The notes under the pieces are model-generated. The model had not been told where the DNA came from. It searched no databases and was given only the letters and a program-made list of their open reading frames with translations. 64,000 nucleotides of DNA from Octopus sinensis (taxonomy: Eukaryota). The stretch is from NCBI RefSeq assembly GCF_006345805.1, contig NC_042999.1, forward strand, positions 57,474,001-57,538,000, written 5' to 3'. Position 1 is the first letter of the stretch; each line of letters begins with the position of its first letter. The position numbers were made by a program, and so were the translations under genes. This document shows, piece by piece, positions 12,463 through 26,300 of the stretch.

Positions 12463-15400
12463 TATCACCACTAGAATACGAATAGCCTGGGCAAAGTTCA
12501 GAAAGCTCCTACCCCTACTGGCAACAAAAGGCCTCTCCCTCAGAGCGAAAGGTAGATTGTATGATGCATGTGTGCGAACTGACATGCTTCACGGTAATGA
12601 AACATGGGCTGTGACGGCAGAAGACATGCGTAGACTTGAAAGAAATGAAGCTAGCATGATCCGCTGGATGTGTAGTGTCAGTGTGCACGCAAGACAGAGT
12701 GTAAGCATCCTGAGAGAAATGCTGGATATAAGAAGCATCAGATGTGGTGTGCAAGAGCGACGCTTGCGATGGTATGGTCATGTGCTGCGGATGGATGAAG
12801 AGAGATGTGTGAAGAAGTGCCACTCCCAAACAGTTGAAGGTATCAGGGGGAGAGGTAGACCCAGGAAGACATGGGATGAGGTAGTCAAGCATGACCTCAG
12901 AGCATTGGGCCTCACTGAGGCAATGGCGAAGGACCGAGATCTCTGGAGATATGCTGTGACTACAAAGACCCGGCTGCTTTCTGCAGCAATTCCACATACC
13001 CCCTACCCATTCTAAGTACCCCCCCCATCCCAAAGTACCCTGGATCCCCAAAGTACCCCGATCCCAAAGTACCCCGGACCTCGTTGCCCCCGTGCCGCTG
13101 ACACGTTAAAAGCTCGAACCGATCGTGACCGATGCCGGACCCTCCGGCCCCTGTGCAGGTGGCACGTAAAAAGCACCCAATCCACTCACGGAGTGGTTGG
13201 CGTTAGGAAGGGCATCCAGCCGTAGAAACTCTGCCAGATTCAGACTGGAGCCTGGAGCGGCCCCTGGCTTCCCAGACCCGGTCGAACCGTCCAACCCGTG
13301 CTAGCGCGGAAAGCGGACGTTAAACGATGATGATGATGATGATGATGATGATATGCGTGTGTGTGTTTGTGTATCTGTGTTTGTCCCCCTGGCATTGCTT
13401 GACAACCGATGCTGGTGTGTTTATGTCCCCGTTACTTAGCGGTTCGGCAAAAGACACCGATAGAATAAGTACTGGGCTTACAAAAGAATAAGTCCCGGGG
13501 TCGAGTTGCTCAATTAAAGGCGGTGCTCCAGCATGGTCGCAGTCAAATGACTGAAACAAGTAAAAGAGTAAAGAGTATATTTTGTGTGTGTGCATATGTG
13601 CAGGTGTTTGTTTACATTTGTGATTCTAACATTATTGTCACTTCCTCTGCCAACATATCATTCACTGGCTTTCTTAGATACTACAGTCCTAAATAAACTG
13701 TGTTCAAAAAATATGTGATGGCTATAAATGGAAAGGTGGAGGCGCAATGGCCCAGTGGTTAGGACAGTGGACTCGTGGTTGGAGGATCGTGGTTTCGATT
13801 CCCAGACCAGGCATTGTGTGTTTATTGAGCAAAAACACCTAAAAGCTCCACAAGGCTCCTGCAGGTGGTGGTGGCGACCCCTGTTGTACTCTTTCTTCCT
13901 GTTTCTTGAGTAACACTGCGATCAACTGGCATCCCGTCCAGCTGGAGGGAACACATACGCCATAGAAATCAGGAAACCAGGCCTATGAGCCTGGCTAGGC
14001 TTGAAAAAGGCACATACATAAAATAAATAAATGGAAAGATTTCAATTATGGATCTACAAGATCAGGGATTACCAGTGACTAAACAGCAACAACAAATGTT
14101 TCAACTAGTTTACTTTGCAACTAGTCATCCTACTTAGGTCGAATCCCCCCACATCCCCCATCTATGTTACAGGCATGCTACCAATTTTCAGCTAGATTGA
14201 AGCAAACACTTTCAATACAATACTGTATTGAATGCTCTTACAGATAAGGACTTTTGAATCTAGGGAAGTATAAATCTGCATGATGTCACTATGTCACATA
14301 AGTAATATTCACAGAACATAAGGACAAGTCAGATGTAAACTATCTGCAGCACTTAAGAGATGCTTAATGTTGTCTTTTTTCAAAGATTTCGATCAGTTTT
14401 AGGCCCCGCTTTGTGCAACAACCACCCATTTTTAACAATCAGGCTTGGATGCTAATGTTCACTAGAACAATGGATGTAAGAGTGGCTGTGTGGTAAGTAG
14501 CTTGCTTACCAACCACATGGTTCTGGGTTCAGTCCCACTGCATGGCACCTTGGGCAAGTGTCTTCTACTATAGCCTCGGGCCGACCAAAGCCTTGTGAGT
14601 GGATTTGGTAGACGGAAACTGAAAGAAGCCTGTCGTATATATGTATATATGTATGTATGTGTGTGTATATGTTTGTGTGTCTGTATTTGTCCCCCCAACA
14701 TCGCTTGACAACCGATGCTGGTTTGTTTACATCCCCGTAACTTAGTGGTTCAGCAAAAGAGACCAATAGAATAAGTACAAGGCTTACTAAGAATAAGTCC
14801 TGGGGTCGATTTGCTCGACTAAAGGTGGTGCTCCAGCATGGCCTCAGTCAAATGACTGAAAAAAGTAAAAGAATAGTGTCTACAAGATGCATTCCAGAAA
14901 TATTGAGACTTTTTCGGGAGAAGCATTTAATTTCAAAGAAGCACAAAACTCTAATCTATACATATAAAGCTGAAGTTGTGTGTGTGGCAGGTTTGGTAGC
15001 CTTTAACTAACACTATCTCCTCCGAGACCCTGCAGCACAAGTTGATCAAAATTGAGAGTATGATAGAAGAAGGCTTGCTCTTCATTCCATAGAAGAAAAA
15101 ATTCAAATCGGACCATGTTAACACCCAAAATTATTTACATCAAAAAGGTGCTCTGTTTCTATGAAAATCCCTATTTTTTACGATTTTTTGACTGCTGTGT
15201 CGCCATTTTTCGGTGTATTTCAACCAGAAAAATGTTCACTTAAAGAGAATAACAAGCTACATGATGCAAAATTTTTACTTTTCAAAAAAGATTGAAACTA
15301 TGTCAAACTAAAAACAAAAAAACAAAACCCGAGCAACGCCGGGCTATACAGCTAGTTGTCTTTAAAGTAGAAACCTTTGACTTCAGTGCACTTGTTGTAG

Positions 15401-18400
15401 CACTCCATCCATTTTGTGAAAGTTCCATGAAACCCCTCCAAAGTGAAGGCATCCAGGACTCTTTTCCCAGCTTCCTTCATCTTCACTTTCAGCTTAGGGA
15501 ACAACCAAAAGTCACCAGGAGCAAAGTATGGACTGTAAGGAGTGTGAGAGACAGTTTTGATGCCCATCTCTGTCAAGTAGTTGGTTGCCAGGATGGAATT
15601 GTAGACTGCTGCATTGTCCTGGTGCAAGTGATTACGCCTTTTGTGGTGAAATCTCTTCCTCAACTCACTCAAAACTTCCGCTAAATACTCTTTGTTGATT
15701 GTATGGCCAGAGGGATGTAGGTGATGCCCTTGCTCGAAAAAATGAGAATCATCATGAGTTTTCTAGTGGATTTGGCTTTGCCTAGATTCCTGTGCCAGTG
15801 AAAAATAGATGATTGGTACATACAAGCTAATCCATCGGCAGTCTGGAGCGTATCATAAGTTTTTGTAGCATTTTTTTCCCAGCTTAACACAAAACTTTAT
15901 TGCACAGCAAGCATCCAAATTGTCTTCACATCCCAACTGTGTTCTGTGAACAAGTCAGCTGCATCAAGCAGTGTTTAGTAGGGCATGTTCAAAGTGTTGT
16001 TACAGCCATTTCCTTCAATCTGGAATAACAAAAGTTGGCAGATTACCTTTTTAGATGTAATGTAAAGGCAGTGAGCTGGGAGAAATGTTAGCACACCGGA
16101 CGAAATGCTTAGCGGTATTTCGTCTGCCGTTACATTCTGAGTTCAAATTCTGCCAAGGTCGACTTTGCCTTTCATCCTTTCAGGGTCAATAAATTAAGTA
16201 CCAGTTACACATTGATGTCGATGTAATCGACTTAATCCCTTTGTCTGTCCTTGTTTGTCCCCTCTATGTTTAGCCCCTTGTGGGCAATAAAGAAAGAAGA
16301 TTACCTTATTAGATGTATAGTAATGATATACTAAAATTACAATAACCCAGGACAGCTATAACTGTCTCTCTTAAAAAAAAGTCTCAAACCTTCTGGAATG
16401 TACCTCGTATACCATTCGATTAACTGTATGTAAGGCAAGATATACAACATAAAAGGACAATGGCCAATAGCCAAGGGCTATTTCCTTTTTAGAGGAGTGG
16501 AAGGAGAAAGATGAGATGAAGGAGGTGCAGGATGAGGGAAGAAGAAGAAGAAGAAGAAGAAGAAGAAGAAGAAGAAGAAGAAGAAGAAGAAGAAGAAGAA
16601 GAAGAAGAAGAAGGTGGTAGTGGTGGTGGTGGTGGTGGTGGTGGTGGTTTTGGTGGTGGTAGTGATGATGACAATGACGATGATGATCCTTACCAACAGT
16701 ATTGATGGGTTTCCGAAATGGCACAATTCCAAATGTGTAGTTAAAAATACCCCTTCCATGGAAGATTACTGGTGAAAAACCAATAAATTTTGTGAATTTC
16801 ATTTGGAACCACTTCAGCCACTGTCGTTTTTCAGAACTCAGCTGCAGAAAAAGATCATTCTCTCCAAAAGAGTATACTGGGATCAGAGGGGTTCTGTTTA
16901 AAAGAGAAACAGGAAAACATAACCATATTTTTTTGAGAATGTACAGCTCATTTTATTCTTTATAACATTTTCTTCCCTGGGACCCCATCATTGACCTTTG
17001 ACCCGGCAGGCAAACTGCCTTCAAGAGATTTAATCAATTTTGTCAAACCTTGTCATTTAATCTGATACTATATGACTTATGTGGAGGCGTAATGGCCCAG
17101 TGGTTAGGGCAGTGGACTCGCAGTCGGAGGATCGCGGTTTTGATTCCCAGACCGGGTGTTGTGTGTGTTTATTGAGTGAAAACACCTAAAAGCTCCACAA
17201 GGCTCCAGTAGAGGGTGGTGGCGACCCCTGTTGTAGTCTTTCGCCACAACTTTCCCTCACTCTCACTTCCTGTTTCTCCAGTAACGCTGCGATGGACTGG
17301 TGTCCCGTCCAGCTGGGGGGAACACATACGCCACAGAAACCGGGAAACCAGACCCATGAGCTGGACTAGGCTTGAAAAGGGCAACAAAAAGAAAAAAAAT
17401 ATGACATATCCCTTTGGAGTTACTTCCTATCCATGAACATAAACACCACTTTGTATTTACACTGGTAAACACACACATGTACATACATACATATATTGGG
17501 TTGTCCGGAAAGTACGTGCCAATTTTAAAAGCAAAGAAAAGGGTCAATAAATACTTGCCATTACATTTTTAATCAACCAAATATGGACCATTTTGTTGCA
17601 CAATGCATCTCCATCTTTCCTTTAACTTGAAAATACCCTCTTCCCAGAATTGCAGTGGTTTCATGGCAAAGAATTCATGAAGCTATCTTTTTACGTCATC
17701 CAAGGAATTGAAATTTTTACCATTAAGACTATTCTGCAGAGATCTGAATAAGTGGAAATCCAAAGGAACAATATCTGGTGAATATGGAGGGTGGGGTAAC
17801 ACATCCCAGCCAAGCTGCAGCAATTTTTGTCTGGTTTCCAAATCATCAAGTGCCAAAAATGAACTTTCTTATCTTCCATTTTAAAGGGTTACAGAATTAA
17901 TACAGGTTATAGGAACATAAACCTTCTTCCACGAAAAGATAGCTTAAACTATGCTCTAAATGGAGGTGTAGTCAAATCCTATTTTGTGGACTCAACCATG
18001 TTCTAAAATAAGTCGAAAGGTAAGCTACTATAAATCGGCACGAACTTTTTGGACAACCCAATAGTATACAGGGGTGCAGACATGGCTGTGTGGCTTAGAA
18101 ATTTGCTTCAGGACCATATAATTTCAGGTTCATGTCTTACTGCATGGCACTTGGGACAAGTATCTTCTATTATGGCCAAGGACTGACCAATGCCTTATGA
18201 GTGGAATTAGCAGATGAAAACTGTTTGGAAGCCCATCATTTATATACATACATGCATGCATATAGCTGTGTGGTAAGAAGCTTGCTTACCAACCACATGG
18301 TTCCGGATTCAGTCCCACTGCATGGCACCTTGGGCAAGTGTCTTCTACTACTGCCTCTATAGAGTGGATTTGGTAGACAGGAACTGAAAGAAGCCCATTG

Positions 18401-18723
18401 TATATGTATATGTATATATTTATGTGAGTGTGTCTTTGCGTCTGTGTTTGTCTCCCAACAATCGCTTGACAACCAATGTTGGTATGTTTACGTCCCAATA
18501 ACTTAGCAGTTCAGCAAAAGAGAGCGATAGAATAAGTACTAAGCTTACAAAAAATAAGTCCTGGGGTTGATTTGTTTAACTAAAAAATTCTTTAAGGTGG
18601 TGCTCCAGCATGGCCACAGCCAAATGACTGAAACAAGTAAAAGAATAAAAGAATATGTGCATGTATGTATGTATGTATGTATGTATGTATGTATATATAT
18701 ATAATATATATATATAATATATA

Positions 18724-18762
<39 letters not shown>

Positions 18763-21700
18763 GCTTCTTTCAGTTTCTGTCTACCAAATCTATCTTTCTA
18801 ATGGCTTAGTAGATGGAAATATTAAGCATTTCTCAAGGTATCTAAAATTAGTGGAAGAAGGGATCAAGTTATCCTCAAACAAGAGAATTTTCCTGAATCC
18901 TTACCATAAAATAGGCGCCATTAGAAGCAGCCAAGGTTTAAGAGGTTAGGGCCTCCATTGGTTAAGGCTCCATTCATTTGCATATGCATGTGTGCACTTG
19001 GGCAAGATTTTTTGAGAAAGACTGCCAGTTATCCATGCCACTAATGCTTATCCCAGGAAAAAAAAAAGAAACACAATTGATAAAAGTAAAAAGAAGAAAG
19101 AAAAAGAGAAAAAAAGAAAGAAAAACCAAAATAATTCACCACCTCAGATTGAAAAGTTGGGGTCACTGGGAAACCTGACTAATGGCTATTGAGGCACACC
19201 AGCACACTTGCAACATTGCTGTGAGTGATGGCAAGGCTGATGTGCTGGGACAGCCAAGCGCCCTCTTGAGCCTCACCAGTTACCTCTGCAAGGCGAGTTG
19301 CCAGTGAAGACAGGAATCTCGCAGTTAGTGGTCCGACCCCACCAAACATTTCGAACGCCACAGGATGGAAAATGTAGTTGGTCGACAGATCACGGTATTT
19401 CAGGATTTTGTTCTGCTCAGCTGCAGAAGCTGTGGATCTCGGCCTGGCCACAACATCCAGGATGTGCGAAGAAGCAAAGGAGTCGCTGTGACATCCCAGA
19501 CAAGGCATCTGCCTCGCAACCAAGGGCACAGATGGTTCCAAGATGGAGGGAATATTTGCCAGGCCAAGCTCCTCTTGAGTATCAGGTTCAACTCTGTATG
19601 ACACATGAAGCGACGAGCATTCATGCGGAGAGAAAGGCCATGGAGGCCTAGGGAGTTGAGGAGCCTGCAACAATGACAGATCAAACTTGTGCATACGTCA
19701 GCTCCCACTCTGAGGGCAATGGAGACACGAAGTTCGTCCAAGCTGAGTAAGCCACCAACATTAGCCACAGGGATGGCATCAATCTAGTCACCTGAGTATC
19801 TGGCACTAGCAGACAGTAAGCAGCACCTTGAAAACTGGTCCGACTGGATGAAGGAGTCGAAGGTGGCTTTCAAAATTATGTTGTCCCAAGATCTCTGACT
19901 CCGACAGTCCTCCACCCTCTCAGGAGTAGATAAGCCCAATTCCCTCCAGTATTGGAGAACTTCATCCAGCTCCCTATTGGAACTGGTCCATGTTGGAGAG
20001 GAGAGGATGCTGCTCACCAGGGTGGTGCAGGCGGTAAACACTGTGAAGGCAATAAAGTTAGCAGAATTAATTGTTAAAATATAAAAAGCTACAATGATGG
20101 GGAGGGCACACGCACACATAAAACGAACGAATACTGATGCAACACTCTTGTCAAAACTTTAATAAAATGCAAGCATAACATTCCAAAATAAAGTAAATAG
20201 ACACCACAAAACAGTTCCATCAATCCACTCCTTGGGATTGGTCGACTTCGATAGGATTTGAACTCAGAGTCTAAAGAGTCAGAACAAATAAATCAAAGCA
20301 TTCTATTCAATTCTCTAAAGGTTATCAATTCGCTGCCTTGTTAAGCTAGACAACAGATTAAGTCTATTACCCCAAGACATGAACGATCCTTGCAAACTTC
20401 TAAACAGTTTTTATGTAGCAAATTTCACTCACAAAGCATTATATGATTCGGTGCTATGACAAAAGATACTTATCCAAAGTAGACGCGATAACATTGTAGG
20501 AAAAACGTCGGCAACTCGACGAACTGAGAATGTAAACAAATAGGGTGAGGTATTTGGGATGGTTTTGCGATATATGTTGAAAAGCTCGAGCAAGTAAACT
20601 TGGTTCAAGGGAGACAACTTTAAACATCACTAAAGTAAACTTAGTGACAAGTTTGCAATAATGTTGATGGTTTTACGATGGGATGCTGTTGTTTAAACCT
20701 GAGGTCTTCCTTGATCGAACAAACCTATATACCAGTGCTCCGCAACCTGTATTCCGCGACACACTGGTGTACCATGAGATGATGCTAGTTATGTCTCAGT
20801 GTAACCTGAATATAATTTTTTCCCCCTGTATTTTTAGTCCAGGTGTACCGCAGAATTTTGAAAGGAACGTAAGTGTACCGCAAATGAAAAAGGTTACGGG
20901 GCACTGCTATATACTAAGGTGTTCTAGGCGTAACCTACCCTTTATCTTGAGAGAGAGAAGAGGAGAGAGACAGACAGACAGATTGACAAACAGAGAGGAC
21001 TCATTAAATAAGATAGTCCTGAATAAAAGACAGGTTCGTCATAACTGGATTGCTTTTGATCATAAGTTTGCTTGATCAGTGCTGACCAATGGTTAAACAA
21101 CAGCATTCATTCTGAAGTAAGAGTGCAGCCTGTCTTTGACTCAGTCACTCAAAATTCAAGGGGATTTATGTACCTTGGTTACAAGTATATTAATTAGTGT
21201 AGTTGTAGGATTTGATATTTTGACTCTCATATAGGTAAACCAACCCTTTACCCATATAACCATTCAACTGTCATACTATTAACTAAAAACATGAACTCAC
21301 CCATGCTGGAGAGCTAGTTTGATAAATCCTTTCCGCTTTTTGATTTTTAGTTTGAATTTTCCTGGGTTTGCTTCAATGGCTTCTACTGCTCCTCCGACAA
21401 CAATAGTAATAAATTTACCTTTTTCCTTTTGATTTAGAAGCCAGTTCAGACTGTTCTTTGACACTGCACAACAACCTGAGATTAACAGAAATCAAGATTA
21501 ATTAGAGCAATGAAAGTTTGAAATAAGTTTAGAGAGTTGTCATCTTTATTAGTATCCTTATAAGTATGTGGAAGAAATAGCAGGCAAATCTTTCCCAAAT
21601 CACACCCTAAAATCTTTAAAAATCACTCTGTCTGTCTGCCTACATGCCTGCATGCCCATCCATCTGTCTGTCAGTCAAATCCATCCATTCATCTCTTCTG

Positions 21701-22159
21701 CTATATAAATACAAGTGCATATGGTTATGTATATGTGTTTTACCCTAAAAGGCACTGAAATGGTGCAGCATTGAGAAGAATGAAATTCATTTTCAAAATC
21801 TGCATCCCAACAACAATGTTTTCCATAAATAGTAATACAAAAATATAATTTGATAAAAGAAATGACTCAACTTTTAGATCACTAAATCTCTATTTATCCC
21901 CATCAACTTATCTCTCTACTCTTTACTCTTTTACTTGATTCAGTCATTTGACTGTGGCCATGCTGGAGTACTGCCTTTAGTCAAGCAAATCAACACCAGG
22001 ACTTATTCTTTGTAAGCCTAGTAGTTATTCTATCGGTCTCTTTTGCTGAACCGCTAAGTTACGGGGACATAAACACACCAGCATCAGTTGTCAAGCAATG
22101 TTGGGAGGACAAACACAGACACACAAACATATACACATACAGATACATACATACATATA

Positions 22160-22203
<44 letters not shown>

Positions 22204-23276
22204 ATATATATATATATACATATATATGACGGGCTCCTTTCAGCTTCTGTCTACCAAATCCACTCACAAGGCTTTGGTTGGCCTGAGGCTTCCTTCGATT
22301 GGAAGAGAGCAGATTGGAACCTGTACCACACTGAATTACAGCACCCAAACTGGCATGAATTCTACAACTCCGGAGATGTGAATACTATACTCCAGAGTAT
22401 CCTGGACTCAATATGGGCAGCATGTGCAGCATCAGTGCCACATAAACAGAAAAATAAGAACCGCCCAAAAAGTGCAATTTGGGAAACTTCAGCAGTCCGA
22501 CTTGCCAGGAAGGAACGTCGGACTGCTGAACGGGAATACAAGTTGCATAAATCAGACACCAACAGGAAAAAGCGGAATAAATCTTCCAACCATCTCAAGC
22601 AAGTGACAAAAAAAAAGCAGTGCTTGAATTTGAACAGTGCATAGCAGCCAATCCTGACAGCAAGGTTTTCTGGAAATATGTGCATTCGAAGCAGAGACCT
22701 CACTCTCCAGTGGGCCCTCTTCGCAACCCTCACACAAGCCAGATCACTGACGATCCCAAGGAATGCGCAGAACTCATTGCCGAGTGCTATGCAAGCATAT
22801 TCACTGTTGAAAATCAAAATGTACCATCTTCACCATCTCTAACAGCAAATTCCATAACAACTATGGAATTTACACCTGCAATGCTGCGACGTCACCTTCA
22901 AAATAAGCGCAACTATGCCTCCCCTGGTCTTGATGGCATTACATACCTGCTTCTCAAACGTGGCAGGTACTTCCTTTTACACCAGCTTTCTATTTTTTTC
23001 CAGTACTGTCTCAACAATGGTGCTACTCTGGAGTAGTGGAAAACCACCAGTGTCATTCCTCTGTTCAAAAAGGGTGACCGCACATCACCTGTCAACTATC
23101 GCCCAGTCAGTCTCACTAGCTGTATTGCAAAACTGATGGAATCATGTGTCAGAGAAACACTTTGGAACCAACAGATACCAACAGAAAAGGCCTCTTTCTC
23201 TCTAATTTGTCTATCTCTTTCATTTTCTCATGGTAAACATTCTCACCCGCTTTAAAAGTATATCACTTACACTGAG

Positions 23277-23318
<42 letters not shown>

Positions 23319-26300
23319 TCAGTGTCTGTGTGTATGTATGTGTGTAAGGCGTTTAATTAAGGTAAGAGAGTGATTCAAAAGATATATGTAAAAGATGATT
23401 CATTTTAATAGTATACTTTTCTGTTAGTAAATGTTGTTACGGAATGACCCGTCGTCGCCCGTCCCGAACGGCTCACACAAGTTCCGCCACGGAACCCAAA
23501 GAGGCGGAGAGAGGAGATACAGATAGATACTGCCACAACCTCAACAGCACAGAGATACAGAGGCACAACCCGAGATACAACCCAAAGAGGCAAGGCAACA
23601 ACTGGCAACACTGGCTTATATTCAAACAACAGTTTATACGACAATCAATTGCTACACATCAAATACATTTAAGGCAAACAACAAATCAATACATCATACG
23701 GTATAACCACAGATCAAAGCATTTAACAACATGCATGTAACAATATAACAGTGTTCAGTAACGACACAACAAGTCCAGATCAAATAATGTTCACGATATG
23801 TCACAGTCCAATCAGAACACTTCGATACATTATACAATGTTCGTATCACAACAATTCACGTTACAATTCAACAAGTCCTTTACTCAATTCACAATGTTCT
23901 TTATCGACTACATCGACAGAGTCCTTCTTTTTCTCTCTTCCTTCTCTTTTACAGTCTCTTTACCTCGTGACACATATCAATGCACAAAACACATACCTTA
24001 ATTCCTAACTGAATCGCCAGTGTCCCATTCTGCACTCATCTCTTAATACTGCTAAATCCTCTGAATACTCTGCTAATTCCCCTCTGTGCATATTCCAATC
24101 ACTTGCTCCTAGGCCTCCTCGCATCCCAGCTCGCTCCCAGGAATTCCAACGCTTGCTCCTTAAATCCAAGGTTCCATCCACTCGCTCTGACCTCCAGAGT
24201 CCGTCTGTCTTCTTCGAGGACCGGCCAGCGACTGCCAGATCCGTCTGTGTTCTTCGACGACCGCTCAACGACCGCCCTTCTTGACAACCAACTGCGAACT
24301 ACCAGACCTCACTTCGTCTCTGTCCTTCTTCCACTCCCCTCATCTCCCTCTGTCTATATCGCTCTTACCCTTTCTATTTGCTATCTGATTCCTTACTCTA
24401 TCTATATCGCCTGCTGTCTCTTAGCCTCTCCATCCGTCCCTTACGGCTTATACTCTATCTCTATTTGCTCTCAGCCCTTAATCTGTCCCTTTTCTTTCAC
24501 ATTCTCCTGACCCTTTTCTCAACCGCACGAGGTCACAGGTCCTTCCAAAACTCATCAGTCTCCCACTAAACAAAGAACCCGTCACATTTCACCAGACATC
24601 ATGGTGCCATTATTCCTATGTGGGTCACCAGAAATGCACCTAGCCAACCGTAACAATATGTTTTTTCTCAGCTCTATATTTGAAAGATGAGGAATTATGT
24701 ACATTATTTACATTTGACAGATATTTGTCCTCATCTTGTTCGTTAACACATACTCTCCAGCCTTCATCAGGTGTCTTGGAGAAATTTCAAACCTGAGTTC
24801 TCATTCTTAAAGTATTTTTCGATAATATTATTATTATTATTATTATATGTTTGACTTTTGCTTTATATTTGTACAAGTTGGCTCCAAGTTTCACCCGGAG
24901 ACCTCAAGAGACAACGGGTTGGAAGTTCACGTTGTTGTTATGCCTAGTGTGCCATATATTTGGTTGTTTTTTGTGTTGTACTGGTGGATGTCTAAGAAAA
25001 AAAAAAAGTGTTTGTTTTAAACCTTGAGATTACATAGAAAGTATTTTGCGTAGGATATGAGCAGTTCCCATGAACACTATCTTTTGAATTTCTGCCATTT
25101 TGGGGTTTCCTTGTATCTGAGTTAGGTAGCTATCAGCCCCTTTTGCTATCATTCCCAGGGCACCTATGACAACAGGTATTGTTTTAGTCTTCAGGTTCCA
25201 CATTTTGCTGATTTCTATTTCAAGATCTTTATATTTGCTCAGTTTTTGGTAGGTCTTGACAGATATGTTTATATCGATTGGGACAGTCATATCAATGAGG
25301 AGGCATGTTCTCTGTTTGAAGTCTTTCAATATGATGTCTGGCCTATTTGCATCTATCTTTCTGTCAGTTTGAATGGTGAAGTTCCAGAGGAGTGAGATGT
25401 GGTCATTTTCAAGCACTGGGGGGGAGGGGGGGTTGTGTTCCCACCAGTTTTTTTCATGGAGCAAATCCAGGTTTTTGCAGATTACCCAGTGAATATATTG
25501 TGCAGCACTATCGTGCCTGTTGAGATACTCTGTAGGCGCTAGAAGACTGCACTTGGAGACCACATGATCAATGGTTTCATTTTGTTGCAGGCATACACGA
25601 CACGTTGGACTGCTGCTGATCTTTAATATGTTGGCCTGGTAGTTTCTTGTTGGTAGGCATTGATCTTGAGCTGCTATGATAAACCCCTCTGTTTCAGATT
25701 TTAAGCCAGAGGCCATTAGCCATTGATGGGTCAGGACTTTGTCAACATCTGCATTATTCGCTCTCTTTGGGTATTTGCCATAGAGAGGTTTTTCTTGCCA
25801 TTTATCATTCAGAATATCTAAGGCCGCAGATTTAGCACGGGTTTTCATGCGCTTAGCTTTTTCTGTGCCTGTTTCTTGTATGTCTATCTCCAATTCCGAA
25901 ATTTGTTGTATTCGGAATTCACTTAGATATTCCTTTGCCAGTTTTGTTACTGAGTATGATGCTTTCTTGTTTTCATGTTTTGAGACAAGTTTTAACATCC
26001 AGTCCTCAGAGTTTTTCAGGTAGGTGTCTAGGCCAATTGTAGCAATCTTCATTGTTATTGCCAGTTGTAAAAGTCCACGGCCTCCCTCTTTTCTTGGCAG
26101 ATAAAGTCGTTCTGTATCTGCCTTAGGGTGGTGCATTCTATGCATTGTCAACAGTTTTCGTATTTTTCTGTCAAGATTACATATTTCAGTAATTGACCAG
26201 TTAACGATATTGAAACTGTAAGTCACGACTGGTATGGCTAATGCATTGATCGCTTCGATCCTGTTTCTCGCATTCAGCTCTGTCTTGAGTATTGCTCTTA

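Larger units (their letters stand above)
14881..16409 (-). mobile_element. Decayed mariner (Tc1/mariner) element carrying nested Helitron and SINE insertions
   Basis: TIR tacaagatgcattccagaaatattgagac (14881) versus reverse complement of 16381-16409 tacgaggtacattccagaaggtttgagac. ORF remnants HQDNA..H, HTPYSPYFAPGDFWLFPKLK. Confidence 0.8.

Noticed and set aside
13736-13810. tRNA genes (also 17081, 26600, 62616)
   Set aside because: tRNA-like heads continue into shared SINE bodies; no complete cloverleaf
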